64,000 nucleotides of DNA, from contig CBDBLV010000005.1 in NCBI GenBank assembly GCA_965207225.1, forward strand, positions 1,056,001-1,120,000. The letters are read 5' to 3'. Positions 1 to 10,291 of this stretch are shown one piece after another. The position numbers and the translations under genes are program-made. The notes under the pieces are model-generated. The model was not told where the DNA came from, did not search any database, and saw only the letters and a list, made by a program, of their open reading frames with translations. This stretch comes from Dehalococcoidia bacterium (GTDB taxonomy: Bacteria; Chloroflexota; Dehalococcoidia; Plut-88900). Each line of letters starts with the position of its first letter. Position 1 is the first letter of the stretch.

Positions 1-298
1 TTACGCGAACTTTTCGCTCAGGGCAGCAGATGATGGGAAGTGGTTGGGCAGTATTCTGGTGCCCTTGTCCGGGAACAGAACATGGACTCTGGATGACCCC
101 GGCGACGTTGTTGCTGACACCTACTTGATGGATGACGAATCTAACACATTCACCGTCACCTTTGATTTCCCGGAAGGACTAGGAGACAACCCCTCCGATT
201 ACGTAGTCAACGTGATGGGCTTTCAAAACTCTGACCGGGAAGCGACCATCGGCGAGAACATAGACACCCTAGGTTATTCTCGCATCCGAGTACCCTAA
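1..298 (+). CDS. hypothetical protein, 3' part (5' truncated by window edge)
   Basis: The frame of ORF 44..298 is open back to position 2 (YANFSLRAADDGKWLGSIL...); no recognisable motif. Confidence 0.55.
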   Translation, partial: YANFSLRAADDGKWLGSILVPLSGNRTWTLDDPGDVVADTYLMDDESNTFTVTFDFPEGLGDNPSDYVVNVMGFQNSDREATIGENIDTLGYSRIRVP

Positions 299-338
299 TC
301 GGCCATGGAAAGCCAGCAAAATCAATCGCCGGACTAGG

Positions 339-1106
339 CTACAATTCTCCCCACTCGACCAAAGAGCACCTCAATGGTTCTGAGACTACGGCGCTCAGAA
401 GCACTCCTACAATAGTTAGGGACACCGCAGACCAGGTTTGGCCAAGCTGAAGCGCCCCTGGAATTGCTACAGCGACCAGGACCACTGGAAGAAACAGGGT
501 AATCATGGCGGCCGCCTGCGTTGCCGGACCGGTGACTCTCCGGTGCTTGTGTTGTTTGGCCAAATTCAGAACCATGGCAGCCAAGGGTGCCCAAGCGAGG
601 CCTCCAAATGCGACCACTATTAGGGGCAGCAATACAAGGTCCCATGGGTCGCCAAACTTGACCAAAGCTGCCACCCAGTAAATCATGAATACGGCAAATG
701 CTAGAACTAGGCCCATCAGTAGCCACCAGTTACGGCGGAGGAGCAGCCAGATAAACCAACACCACGGCAGTACGGCAATTATCAGTGAGAGTTGGACTCC
801 CAATCCAACGATGCTGAGTTTGTTCACTCCCGCCAATGCCGTTGTAAGCCACAAGAACAGCGCAGTTCCGATATCCTCTCCCCGCCACCTCCATATTCGC
901 AGGCCATGTCTAGGTTCAGAAAAAAGGCTTGCCACTGGCATTACCGTAACTAGCGCACTCATCCAGAGACGAGCGTACACATCATCAACCAGACCCGAAT
1001 ACCAAACGAAGATGAAGACCGGCACCCAATAGGCAACCGTCACGGCAAGAGTGTCAGGGAGACGACTACCCACCTTAGAGAAGAATTCCCTGACGATGTT
1101 GACCAT
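339..1106 (-). CDS. multi-pass membrane protein of unknown function (paralogue of 11110..12039)
   Basis: 255 aa with about 8 hydrophobic segments; shares GPxxxxxAMxxLFLP...WSxV...VGV...SEPL pattern with 11110..12039. Confidence 0.75.
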   Translation of the reverse strand: MVNIVREFFSKVGSRLPDTLAVTVAYWVPVFIFVWYSGLVDDVYARLWMSALVTVMPVASLFSEPRHGLRIWRWRGEDIGTALFLWLTTALAGVNKLSIVGLGVQLSLIIAVLPWCWFIWLLLRRNWWLLMGLVLAFAVFMIYWVAALVKFGDPWDLVLLPLIVVAFGGLAWAPLAAMVLNLAKQHKHRRVTGPATQAAAMITLFLPVVLVAVAIPGALQLGQTWSAVSLTIVGVLLSAVVSEPLRCSLVEWGEL

Positions 1107-1480
1107 TCTTGCTGACTATCCTCTGCTGAGAGATACTGACCCGTGCCAGTCAGCCCATAGCCCGAATTCTGGAATCGAGAATCGGCCTTCCAGCCACTCA
1201 GGAACCTCGCAGTCCCTTCAAATCAGATCAGTCATGCCATCATAGCCCATTCTTCCGCAGCCCGCTGGGGTTTCCATGAACTCAGTGAGGACCAGGCGTC
1301 TTTGGCTAGTGATAGCTAAGGACGTCACAGGTAAGCACACCGGCAGAGGCGTGGCAAGAGGCTCTAGCCATAAGTGTGGCCCGGTATTTCCTGCTGGTGG
1401 ACCTCGGAGGCCCCTGAATACTTCGGTGATCTATCTCGCAGCAACACCGCGAGACGCATCTCCGGCAGGTTCCAGCGGGT

Positions 1481-1952
1481 TCACGAGCGGAAGGGCCACC
1501 AGCCACGACGCCGTTGGGGTTTGCGCTGTGGCTCCTGATTCTCTGGGCCACTCACAGCGTCGGATCCATGTCCGGCAACTCTGCCGCTCCACGCATCGAC
1601 CGATGTAGGAGGCTTGCCTTTTTCGTCTATCGGAGGTGGAAAGTGGGCGGGACGCTCACCGTCGAACGGTATTCTCCAGCCAATGACGAACTCAGCTTGG
1701 AAGTTCAACCCAGCCAAGTCCGGGTGGTCTTTGACATCGGTTGCGATCCCAATATCCTGCCAGTCTCGGCGCAGCAAGGTCGACCAGTCACTTGTCAATT
1801 GCGTCGCGATGGTGTCGATCATTACCGGCTCGGCAATAGAGGTTCTCCACTGCTCGTTAGACGGTCCGGAAGACTGACTACCGCTAGGGAACCTGGCGTA
1901 GCTACCGCCGTAATGCAACCGCACTCTCCAACCTTCTGTGGCATACCCGTGG
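1481..1952 (-). pseudogene. 3' fragment of IS21-interrupted NUDIX/Zn-ribbon/CAP-like gene
   Basis: Removing IS21 and one TSD copy joins ...EEAQAHG (4543) in frame to YATEGWRVRLHYGGSY...WWPFRS*. Confidence 0.85.
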
Positions 1953-2075
1953 TGTCAATACCCAGGAACATTGAGCCACAATACCCACTAACATTGAGCC
2001 AGATAACCAGGGTCTTTGAGCCACCCTGAGCGCCCCAGCTTAGACCATTGCAGCACTTGATAAGGAGGTGCCGCG

Positions 2076-3656
2076 ATGGCCTACAAGGAGGTACTCAGAG
2101 TGGAGATAGAAGAAGTCATCCGGCGCTGGCAGGCTGGAGAGAGCCAGCGCCACATAGCGACTGGGACGGGCCTGTCCCGGAACACGGTGGTCAAATACAT
2201 CTCCTCGGCGGAGAGGTTGGGGCTGTCCCGGGACGGACCGGGTCCCAGCGAGGAGCAGCTGAGCAAGCTGGCGGCCATCGGCCGTGCGGGACCGCGGCAG
2301 ACCAAGATGCCCATAGAGGAGAGGCTGTCCCCCTGGGCCGACCAGATTCAGCAGTGGCTCATCGGGGACCGGCTGCAACTGACCCGCATCCGGGAGTTGC
2401 TCTTGGAGCGGGGCTGCGATGTGCCCTATTCGTCGTTACAGCGCTTCGTGGCCCGCCGCAACTGGCGAGGCCGCAGTCTTCGGACGGTGCGGATGGAGGA
2501 GAGTCCTCCGGGCGAGGTGGCGGAGCTGGACTTCGGTCGGCTGGGGCCGCTGGAGGACCCGGAGACGGGACGCCGCCGGACGGTGTGGGCGCTGATCGTG
2601 GTGCTGGCCTACTCGCGGCACAGCTTCGTCTGGCCCACCCACGGGCAGAAGCTGGAGGACGTGGTCGCCGGACTGGAGGCGGCCTGGGCTTTCTTCGACG
2701 GCATACCCAAGTACCTGGTCATCGACAACTTCCCGGCGGCGGTGGCCGGGGCCGACGCCCTGCACCCCAGGCTGACCAGGGGCTTCCTGGAGTACTCGCA
2801 GCGCCGGGGCTTCATCACCGACCCGGCCCGGGTGCGCCACCCCAGGGATAAGCCCAAGGTGGAGCGGGGAGTCCAGTACGTGAGAGAGCGCTTCTTCAAG
2901 GGAGCCTCCTTCAGGGACCTGCCTCACATGCGGAAGGAAGCGCTCCACTGGTGCCGTGAGGTGGCCGGACAGCGGGTGCACGGCACCACCAGGCGCAAGC
3001 CCGTGGAGGTCTTCGACACAGAGGAGCGCCAGACGTTGCTGCCCTGGGACGGCGATCCCTACGAGGTTACCCGCTGGCGCAACGCCAAGGTGCAGCGCGA
3101 CCACCACGTGACCTGCCAGCACGCCCTCTACTCGGTGCCGTCGGCCCTGTGCCCTCCGGGGCAGCAGGTGGAGATCGCGCTGGACAGCAAGCTGGTGCGC
3201 ATCTACCACCGGGGCAAGCTGATCAAGGTCCATCCCCGTCAGCCCAGGGGCAAACGCTCCACCGACACCGACGACTACCCAAAGGAGTTCATCGCCTACA
3301 CCCTGCGAGGGCCCGACAAGATCAAGCAGAGCGCGGCGGAGCTGGGAGAGGCGGTGGCCGCCTTCGCCGACCGGCTCTTCGAAGGCCCCACGCCTTGGGC
3401 CAAGGTGCGGCAGGGACACAAGCTGCTCCGCCTCGCCCAGCGCTACACCCCCGACCGGCTGAACGACGCCTGCCGCAAGGCCTTGGACGTGGACCTCATC
3501 GACGTGCACCGCGTCGAGCGCATCCTGGTTGAAGCCCTGGAGCAGCAGGATGCGCCGCCCCTTGCCGACCTCATACCGCCGGGGCGCTTCGCCAGGCCCG
3601 GCTCCGTCTTCGCCCTGGTCAACGGCCATCACCCAACCGAAGGAGTTACGCTATGA
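2076..3656 (+). CDS. istA: IS21 transposase IstA
   Basis: N-terminal HTH; DDE core (ELDFG, LVIDN, KPKVERGVQY); RVHGTTR motif; AGGAGG RBS. Confidence 0.95.
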   Translation: MAYKEVLRVEIEEVIRRWQAGESQRHIATGTGLSRNTVVKYISSAERLGLSRDGPGPSEEQLSKLAAIGRAGPRQTKMPIEERLSPWADQIQQWLIGDRLQLTRIRELLLERGCDVPYSSLQRFVARRNWRGRSLRTVRMEESPPGEVAELDFGRLGPLEDPETGRRRTVWALIVVLAYSRHSFVWPTHGQKLEDVVAGLEAAWAFFDGIPKYLVIDNFPAAVAGADALHPRLTRGFLEYSQRRGFITDPARVRHPRDKPKVERGVQYVRERFFKGASFRDLPHMRKEALHWCREVAGQRVHGTTRRKPVEVFDTEERQTLLPWDGDPYEVTRWRNAKVQRDHHVTCQHALYSVPSALCPPGQQVEIALDSKLVRIYHRGKLIKVHPRQPRGKRSTDTDDYPKEFIAYTLRGPDKIKQSAAELGEAVAAFADRLFEGPTPWAKVRQGHKLLRLAQRYTPDRLNDACRKALDVDLIDVHRVERILVEALEQQDAPPLADLIPPGRFARPGSVFALVNGHHPTEGVTL

Positions 3657-4447
3657 CCCGCAACCGCAACGTCGATCTGGCCCCGCTGCTCAAGACCCTC
3701 AAGCTCAGCGGCATGCTGGACACCCTGCCCGAGCGCATCGCCCTGGCCCGAAGGGACCAGTTGGACTATGCCGCCTTCCTGGAGATCATCCTAGCCGACG
3801 AGGTCAGCCGCAGGGAGAACCGGCGCATCGAGACCCGCCTGAACCGGGCCGGCTTCGAGGAGACCTGCCGCCTGGAGGACTTCGACTGGACGTCCGAAAT
3901 CACCCTGGACCGCCGCCTCCTTGACGCCGCCTTCTCCCTGGACTTCATCCCCAGGCACGAGCACGTCCTGCTCATGGGACCGGCGGGCGTCGGCAAGAGC
4001 TTCCTGGCCCAGGCCCTCGGCTACGCCGCCGTCAGAGCCGGATACTCCGTCCGCTTCATCCACGCATACGACTTCTTCAAAGCCATGTCCCAAGCCAGGG
4101 TGGACAACTCGGTGGACAAAGCCTTCCGCTCCTTCCTCTCCCCCGACCTGCTCATCCTCGACGACCTGGGCCTGCACCGTCTCAACGCACAACAGTCATC
4201 GGACCTCTACCAGCTCATCGTCGGCAAGCATCGGGCCTCCAGCTTCGTCATCACCTCCAACCGCGCCATCGAGGAGTGGCTCGGCCTCTTCAACGATCCC
4301 ATCCTGGGCAACAGCGCCCTGGACCGTCTGGCCAACACCAGCTACCAGATCGTCATCGAGGGCACCAGCTACCGGGAGAGGCTCTCTCCTCACCGCGCCC
4401 TACTGGGCAAAGTGGCCAAAATCCTCGGCAAGAAGGGAGGTGATTGA
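3653..4447 (+). CDS. istB: IS21 helper AAA+ ATPase IstB
   Basis: Walker A GPAGVGKS, Walker B LLILDDLG, ITSNR, ALDRL; ATGA overlap with istA. Confidence 0.95.
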   Translation: MTRNRNVDLAPLLKTLKLSGMLDTLPERIALARRDQLDYAAFLEIILADEVSRRENRRIETRLNRAGFEETCRLEDFDWTSEITLDRRLLDAAFSLDFIPRHEHVLLMGPAGVGKSFLAQALGYAAVRAGYSVRFIHAYDFFKAMSQARVDNSVDKAFRSFLSPDLLILDDLGLHRLNAQQSSDLYQLIVGKHRASSFVITSNRAIEEWLGLFNDPILGNSALDRLANTSYQIVIEGTSYRERLSPHRALLGKVAKILGKKGGD

Positions 4448-4542
4448 ACCGCCGATAGCATCCTGTCATAATCCGTATCATCGGCGTTCAGGGTGGCTCA
4501 ATGTTCGTGGGTAACCTGGCTCAAAGATCTTGGGTAACGACA

Positions 4543-5691
4543 CCCGTGGGCCTGCGCCTCCTCAAACAGGGAATCCCCTGCCACATCTGCGGATGACAAT
4601 GTGATGAACTTGCGAGCCATTCCAAGCAGGGGGGCGGATACCTGTAAAGGATCGGCGCCCATCTCCTCACGCTTCTCGTTAATCCGGTCAACTATCATAC
4701 TGTTGCCGTCCGTCGCGTAGGCGACTACGAGGGCATAACCGAATCTGTCAGCCTGGCCACCGGCGATATCAACCGGATTGCCTGACTGGTCGAGAACGGC
4801 GTGACAACTCCCAACGCCCAGGTAGTCCAAAGCAGGAGTTTGGGCGACCTCGGATAAGCCAACTCTCTCAATCATCTCCGTGGCGATCTCAGATGGCTCC
4901 GCACTAGCTGGCCAAAGGTGTCTGCCGTAAGCTAGGCGCAGGGACCAACTCGATTTGGCATCCCCGGGCCGTTCCGCAAGGCGATGTCTCAGGTAGTCGA
5001 GAATCCTGTCTTCAAAATCCTCCTCGGAAGAGAACCAGACTGCAGTATCGCGGGCGGCGGCCTGCAGCCCGGAACTTGGCCAAGGGATAGGCATACCCAC
5101 CCTCTCCCGCTCGGTCACGATGTGATTGACTATAATTTCCGAGGTCGCGACTTCTTTGTCTGCACCGACCGGATTGGTAACGAACCCATCGTCAAAGACT
5201 TTGTTGCAGGATCGACAACGGTATGGGTTGTGGTGGGGGTAGTGCCTGAGTCTTGTATGGCTGCTGCCGCAGTTAGGGCACGATGGCGTTCGAGGGCTTG
5301 AAGTTAGGCGGGCGTGAGCGGCCTTCATGTCCTGCCAATCTCGGAGGGCGCGGCGGTCCGCAGAGAACGCCAATGGAGGTAGACGCCCATAGTCGAAGAA
5401 TTTGGCGTCGAGACACTCCGGTTTCCGGGCTTTCAGGTGGCCACCTATTACTTTGCCGAAATAGGTCTTGATGAGGTGGTTGCGCCCCTCAAAGATCAGG
5501 GAAACGACTTCAACGCGAAGGCCGGTTTCTTCCCGCGTTTCCCGAGCTGCTGCTCTGTGATAGGCCTCCTTGCCGTCACAATTGCCTCCTGGCAGTGACC
5601 ATTTGTACTTTTCCTTTCCGTACCCCCTCTGGACCAGCAAGACCTGTCCGATATCGTTTTCGACCAAGCAAAATGCCACTCGCTTTGGCAT
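4543..5691 (-). pseudogene. 5' fragment of IS21-interrupted NUDIX hydrolase - Zn ribbon - CAP/SCP-like protein
   Basis: ATG at 5691 with GAGGAG RBS; canonical NUDIX box GNCDGKEAYHRAAARETREETGL; CPNC...CRSC ribbon; reading frame runs into the IS end. Confidence 0.85.
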
Positions 5692-5789
5692 TGGCGTCTC
5701 CTCATACTGGAATTCACAACAGGTCAAACGGTCGTGCTCCCGTTTGCGCTCATCTCCCTTATCTCCACGGGCTGGCACCGCGGTTGATT

Positions 5790-6086
5790 CTACGTAGTAG
5801 GCAGGGGCTGGTAGCGCTCGACCTGTATCCGGTCTTCGGCCTTGCGCGCCTGAGCCAAGTCGTAGGCGGTCTGGCGGCTCAGCCAGAAGTCGGCGCTGGA
5901 CCATCCGGCCTTCTCCAGGCGAATGGCCATGTCGGGCGAGATCCCCGCGTGGCCGTTCAATACCCGTGAGAGGGTGTGACGGGCAACCCCCAAAACGTCC
6001 GCTGCTTCGGTAACGCTCAGACCGAGAGGGGCCAGGCAGTTCTCCCTAACGCCGCGGCCCGGATGGGGCGGACTCTTCATGGGCAT
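5790..6086 (-). CDS. higA: HigA family antitoxin (XRE HTH)
   Basis: PPHPG motif, [36 protein letters not shown]; directly downstream of a HigB toxin. Confidence 0.92.
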   Translation of the reverse strand: MPMKSPPHPGRGVRENCLAPLGLSVTEAADVLGVARHTLSRVLNGHAGISPDMAIRLEKAGWSSADFWLSRQTAYDLAQARKAEDRIQVERYQPLPTT

Positions 6087-6102
6087 GGTATCTCCCTCCC
6101 TG

Positions 6103-6381
6103 TTAGTGGTAATCGACGAGATCAACGTCGTACACATCGCCGGCTTCAAACCTAAAGGTGATCCGCCAGTTGCCCGAGATCGAAATACTCCATAGTCCTC
6201 TCCGGTCCCCTCTGAGTGGATGCAGCCTGTATCCCGCCAGGTCGAGGTCGCTCGGCTTGCCGGCGGCATCCAGGTCCGCCAGGGCGAGAGTGATTCGATC
6301 CAATTGGTCGGCGGCTATCCTGCTGGGGTCGTCTCGCTCATAGAGCCGCCTCAACCCTCGATGGCGAAACGAACGGATCAT
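6103..6381 (-). CDS. higB: HigB/RelE-like toxin
   Basis: [14 protein letters not shown]...[24 protein letters not shown]...VDYH; toxin-first gene order. Confidence 0.93.
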   Translation of the reverse strand: MIRSFRHRGLRRLYERDDPSRIAADQLDRITLALADLDAAGKPSDLDLAGYRLHPLRGDRRGLWSISISGNWRITFRFEAGDVYDVDLVDYH

Positions 6382-6488
6382 GAACAGATTATACCGTGTG
6401 CCGGTACGGCTATCAACAGGTTCGTTAGTCCGTCCCGCACTGGCATACCCCAGTTGCTCACTGGCCTGGGCTTCGCTACTCTCGACAC

Positions 6489-8225
6489 ATGGCCCTTTCA
6501 GACGAACATCTGCTCGACGCCCTCAGCCGGATGCCGTTTGTCGAATCGACGGAGCTGGCGCTCATCCTAGGCGAGCCCCACGCCACCATCCACCGCAGAC
6601 TGTCCGAGTTGCTGGCCGACGGCATCGTCGGGAGAGTCACCCAAGGCACCGTCCACCTGCCGTCGAGCGGGAGGTACTGCCTGACGTCCAACGGCATCCG
6701 CGAAACCGCCGAGTTTCTGGACTTCGACACGCCGTCGGACTTCGTGCGGGCCTACCCCATGTCCAGGGAGTGGCTGACGCTGCTCCTGCGCCGCATGGAT
6801 GCCGTGGCCGCCGTCTACCGCCTCGCCGCCACCATGTCCCCCGGCACGGATGGCCTGCGTTCCCGCGTGGAGTTCCGCCGCGAGGGCCGGTTCGACGCCA
6901 CCATCACGCTCCACGACGGCCGAGACTTCGGCGTGGCGCGCCAGGGCCTAGCCCTGCGCAGACGCTCCCTCCATGACAGGCTGAGGGCCTTGGCGCACTA
7001 CGACTCCAGCCGCCGCCCCGACGTCGTGCTCATCCTGGTGCCCAGCGTGTGGGAGCGGAGGCGGACGGGGAGGTTCTGCGAGGGGGTCTACCTGACGGAC
7101 TTCTTCATCGCCGTGGAGTCCAGGACGGCCCTGGAACGCCGGAACCGCCGCGTCTGGCAGGAGACCACGGGGCTGTCCGGGCATTCGTACCTGACGCTGG
7201 AGCGGGTGATCTCCCGGGGCACACCGGGCAGGAGACGAAGACCTCTCAACACGTCGCCGGAGCGGAAGCGAGCTTCACTTCCTCAACCTGAGCGCATGGC
7301 GCAGGCTGCGCCGACCTTCGGCCTCAGCCCCGCTGAGAAGCGCACGCTGGACCTCATCACCGACCACCCGATGATCCCCCGCGAGCACCTGGCCCTCTGG
7401 CTCGGCGTCTCGGAGGGAAGAATCAGCCAGATGATGCGCAGCCTCGTGAAGACTTGGAGCCTCATTGAGCGCCGGGGCAAACGCGAAGAGGTGCGCTACA
7501 CGCTGTCCGACGAGGGGATACGCTACGTGACCCACCGGGACCGGGCGGAGCTGCCCATCACGCGGGGCATCTGGAGCACGGAGCTGACCACGGACAAGGA
7601 GGGACGGCTGCGTCACGTGGGCCACCGCATCGAGACGTGGGCGCGTCAAACGAGGCACGCCGACGGCATCACGTGGTTCCTGTCGAAGCTTGTGGCCGAG
7701 ACCCGTTCCGATCCCGACAGTGAGCTTGTATGGCTTGTCCCCACCGCGAGGTCCGACCGGGCCTACAACTGGGGCCGCTCCGCCATCGCCCCCGACGCCG
7801 TGGGGCAGCTTCTCGCCGGTGGCCATCCCGTGCCCTTCTACCTCGAGCACGAGCTCAGAGCCCGCCACCCGCAGGGAGTCAGTGCCCGCCTGAGACCCTA
7901 TGAGAGATACTACTGGTCACCGGAGCATAAAGAGGACCTGCCGCCGTACCCGGTCACGCTGTTCGTCGTGGACACCGAGGAGGTGGAGGAGACCTACGTG
8001 AATACCGCCGCCCGGATGCACCGGATGTCGCTGCCCGTCCTGGTGTCCTGCATCCCTGTGCTTAGCACCACGGGAATACTGGGGGAGTCCTGGCGTCCCC
8101 TGTGGACGCCGTCCTCCCCCCGGCTGCGGCTGTCCCAGCTGAGTGATTACGTCTACGACCCGCTGTACCACCGGATGCGTCCCACCCGTCCTGTAGAGGC
8201 GTCCTATAGGGGGCGGAATCGATAG
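6489..8225 (+). CDS. replication-relaxation (Replic_Relax)-like protein with two wHTH + PD-(D/E)xK-like modules
   Basis: Two wHTH-like segments (LSRMPFVESTELALILG...RRLSEL; ITDHPMIPREHLALWLG...YTLSDEG); C-terminal H...APDAVG...FYLEHE...RLRPYERYY...LFVV pattern. Confidence 0.65.
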   Translation: MALSDEHLLDALSRMPFVESTELALILGEPHATIHRRLSELLADGIVGRVTQGTVHLPSSGRYCLTSNGIRETAEFLDFDTPSDFVRAYPMSREWLTLLLRRMDAVAAVYRLAATMSPGTDGLRSRVEFRREGRFDATITLHDGRDFGVARQGLALRRRSLHDRLRALAHYDSSRRPDVVLILVPSVWERRRTGRFCEGVYLTDFFIAVESRTALERRNRRVWQETTGLSGHSYLTLERVISRGTPGRRRRPLNTSPERKRASLPQPERMAQAAPTFGLSPAEKRTLDLITDHPMIPREHLALWLGVSEGRISQMMRSLVKTWSLIERRGKREEVRYTLSDEGIRYVTHRDRAELPITRGIWSTELTTDKEGRLRHVGHRIETWARQTRHADGITWFLSKLVAETRSDPDSELVWLVPTARSDRAYNWGRSAIAPDAVGQLLAGGHPVPFYLEHELRARHPQGVSARLRPYERYYWSPEHKEDLPPYPVTLFVVDTEEVEETYVNTAARMHRMSLPVLVSCIPVLSTTGILGESWRPLWTPSSPRLRLSQLSDYVYDPLYHRMRPTRPVEASYRGRNR

Positions 8226-8275
8226 CGTCGATGCAACGCCGTCTGCCCTCCCTGCCGTCTGGGGGCCGAAAAACG

Positions 8276-8697
8276 GTACAAGTTGTACATCTGGCGGGCT
8301 CTCGAAACAGCCGAGACCGGTCATATTCCCCTGATTCAGCTACGAAACGGGTTGCAAGGCCCTCGACCGGTCAACGGTCAAAAATGCAAGTCTCGGAGAA
8401 GCTGTGCTAAAGTTAGATCGCTCTCCAGGGACGCCAGAATTGTACTTTTACCACCCTGACCGGTCAGCCGATCATGGGGGATGTAGGTACGGATGCGGGT
8501 CTGAAGCGTCTATGAGGAGCAAAATCGGCACTTCGGCGGCGTCTGCGGCCCATGCTGGCCCATCGGATATTGCAGGAATTGAGGTGGGGGTGCATGACGC
8601 GAAATGGGGTGGTGGGCAGGAACGGACATTTCGGGCCACGCAGGTTTGGATTTATGCAACATTTCGGGGGTTTGGCCGGAAATAGTGACCGGTCGCT
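8276..8697. promoter_or_regulatory. non-coding region with four GACCGGTC palindromes (candidate origin or operator array)
   Basis: GACCGGTC at 8315, 8365, 8458 (extends to CTGACCGGTCAG) and 8687; GTACAAGTTGTAC inverted repeat at 8276-8288. Confidence 0.5.
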
Positions 8698-8755
8698 GTC
8701 AAGGGCCGGTTCCACCGAAAATTGCAGAAGCGGCCCACCCCAATAGAGGACGAAA

Positions 8756-9181
8756 ATGACTTCTAGGAGACGGAAGGCCGACAACCATCCGCCCGACCAG
8801 AAGTGGGTCGTGGAGTACCTGGTCCAGCGGGAGGGTCAGCGCAGGACGGCGGCCCTCCTGGGGGTGAACCGGAAGACGGTGGCGTTGGCCCTTGGCCGGG
8901 AGCGTCTGACGGGGAAGATGGCCCTGGCCGTACAGCGGTTCATGGCGGGCCAGGACGACCCCTATGGGGAGAGAACAACGCCCCTGGACAGGCTGGAGTC
9001 GAGGATGCGGCGGGCAATCCGAGGAGTGGACGATCTCAGGGAGCTCGTCGAGGGGCTGACGGAGCGCGTGGAGGCCCTGGAGGCGGCGCGGAAGCAGGAC
9101 GCCGCCGAGGGCGGTGGGCTGCGCCTGTTCAGCCGGTGGCGGAGACGCAGGCCGCAGGGCGAGGACGAGAGCGATGGCTGA
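8756..9181 (+). CDS. small HTH + coiled-coil protein
   Basis: GQRRTAALLGVNRKTVALAL HTH-like; heptad LRELVEGLTERVEALE; GAGGA RBS. Confidence 0.65.
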   Translation: MTSRRRKADNHPPDQKWVVEYLVQREGQRRTAALLGVNRKTVALALGRERLTGKMALAVQRFMAGQDDPYGERTTPLDRLESRMRRAIRGVDDLRELVEGLTERVEALEAARKQDAAEGGGLRLFSRWRRRRPQGEDESDG

Positions 9182-9608
9182 GCGAGTGCGCTGGGTGGCG
9201 AAGGCGGAGGCGGCGCGGGAGATGGAGGTCTCCATCTCGACCCTGGACCGGATGGTACGGCGGGGTGAGGTCGATGTCCGCAGGGAGGGCCGCCGGGTTT
9301 ACGTGCGGCTGGAGGGGCCGGAGCGGGTGAGCGACGAGGAGCTGCTACGCCGTGCTCTCGATAGGGAAGGGAAGCGTGGGAGAAGGCTGTGGGAGTCGGA
9401 CCAGCGAGCGCAGGCGTTGGAGCGGGAGCGGGACGAGGCCGTGTACGCTGCATCCGCCGACCGGCAGGCGCTTGAGGAGATAGAAAAGGAGTACGAGAAG
9501 GAGCGCGACGCCCGAAGAAGGATGCGGCGGTTGGCCGTAAGGCTCGGCTTGGCCGTGGTCGTGCTGCTCGCGGTCGTCGGTCTGCTCATTTGGCGGCTGG
9601 TGGCATAG
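9174..9608 (+). CDS. excisionase-like HTH + coiled coil + C-terminal TM helix protein
   Basis: AEAAREMEVSISTLDRMVRRGEV (HTH_17/MerR-like); hydrophobic C-terminus; overlaps upstream ORF stop. Confidence 0.65.
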   Translation: MAERVRWVAKAEAAREMEVSISTLDRMVRRGEVDVRREGRRVYVRLEGPERVSDEELLRRALDREGKRGRRLWESDQRAQALERERDEAVYAASADRQALEEIEKEYEKERDARRRMRRLAVRLGLAVVVLLAVVGLLIWRLVA

Positions 9609-9886
9609 GAACTGATCAACGAGACTCTCAACACCGTTGCATCGGAGGTCAGTCTCGACTGGAGGGTTTAGTCGTTTCACCTGCAAGCAGGAGCACGGCG
9701 ACACCTTTTGTTCGGAGAATTCCGTTACAGTGGCCAAAACGAGAAAGAGGTGGACACCCACGACCGATCATGTCGTATACTGCCTTCGGTGGTCCATATG
9801 GGAAGCATACTGATTGAGCGCATGGTTCACGATAACCGACAACCCTATACGGGACTCCATAGAAAGAGCTACTAGCACATATAGAA

Positions 9887-10291
9887 ATGTCGATACCTTT
9901 AGAAGTTGTTATCGAACGCACTCCACTATCCCAGCAGGCTGACCGGCGCCGCCTGAGGGCTTGGAGGCGGGTCGTGCAGAATGTCGTGGGAGAAAAGTGG
10001 GACACTGAACCGCCCTTCCCTGGAGAGGTCATGGTGGGCATCACCTATTACTTCAAAGGAGAGTCTCTGGACGTCGACAATATGCCTAAGCCAATCCTGG
10101 ACGCACTGAAGGGGTTGGTGTATGCCGACGACGACCAGATAACCGACCTGGTCTGCCGCAAGCGAGACCGGAACAGAGACTTGGAATTCGAGAACCCGTC
10201 TCCCGTTCTTGTGGAAACGCTCGGACGATCCGAGCAGTTTCTCCACATTGTCGTGACCGAAGCACTGAGCCTGGAGGTGCCATCTTGGTAA
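9887..10291 (+). CDS. RusA family crossover-junction endodeoxyribonuclease-like protein
   Basis: DVDNMPKPILDALKGLVYADDDQI matches the RusA DxDNxxKxxxDxL...DDxQ motif. Confidence 0.85.
   Translation: MSIPLEVVIERTPLSQQADRRRLRAWRRVVQNVVGEKWDTEPPFPGEVMVGITYYFKGESLDVDNMPKPILDALKGLVYADDDQITDLVCRKRDRNRDLEFENPSPVLVETLGRSEQFLHIVVTEALSLEVPSW

Larger units (their letters stand above)
1953..4542 (+). mobile_element. IS21-family insertion sequence, complete (2590 bp)
   Basis: TG...CA ends (TGTCAATACCCAGG / CTTGGGTAACGACA); repeated TTGAGCCA motifs (3 left, 2 inverted right); 7-bp TSD CCCGTGG at 1946-1952 and 4543-4549; istA-istB inside. Confidence 0.95.

Noticed and set aside
4498-5904. 468-aa ORF as given in the track
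   Set aside because: The first 71 codons overlap higA and precede the RBS-linked ATG at 5691; the last 14 residues are IS21 sequence
9608-9887. Structured ncRNA upstream of the RusA-like gene
   Set aside because: Only short stems (GAGACT/AGTCTC, CGACT/AGTCG), not distinguishable from chance by eye
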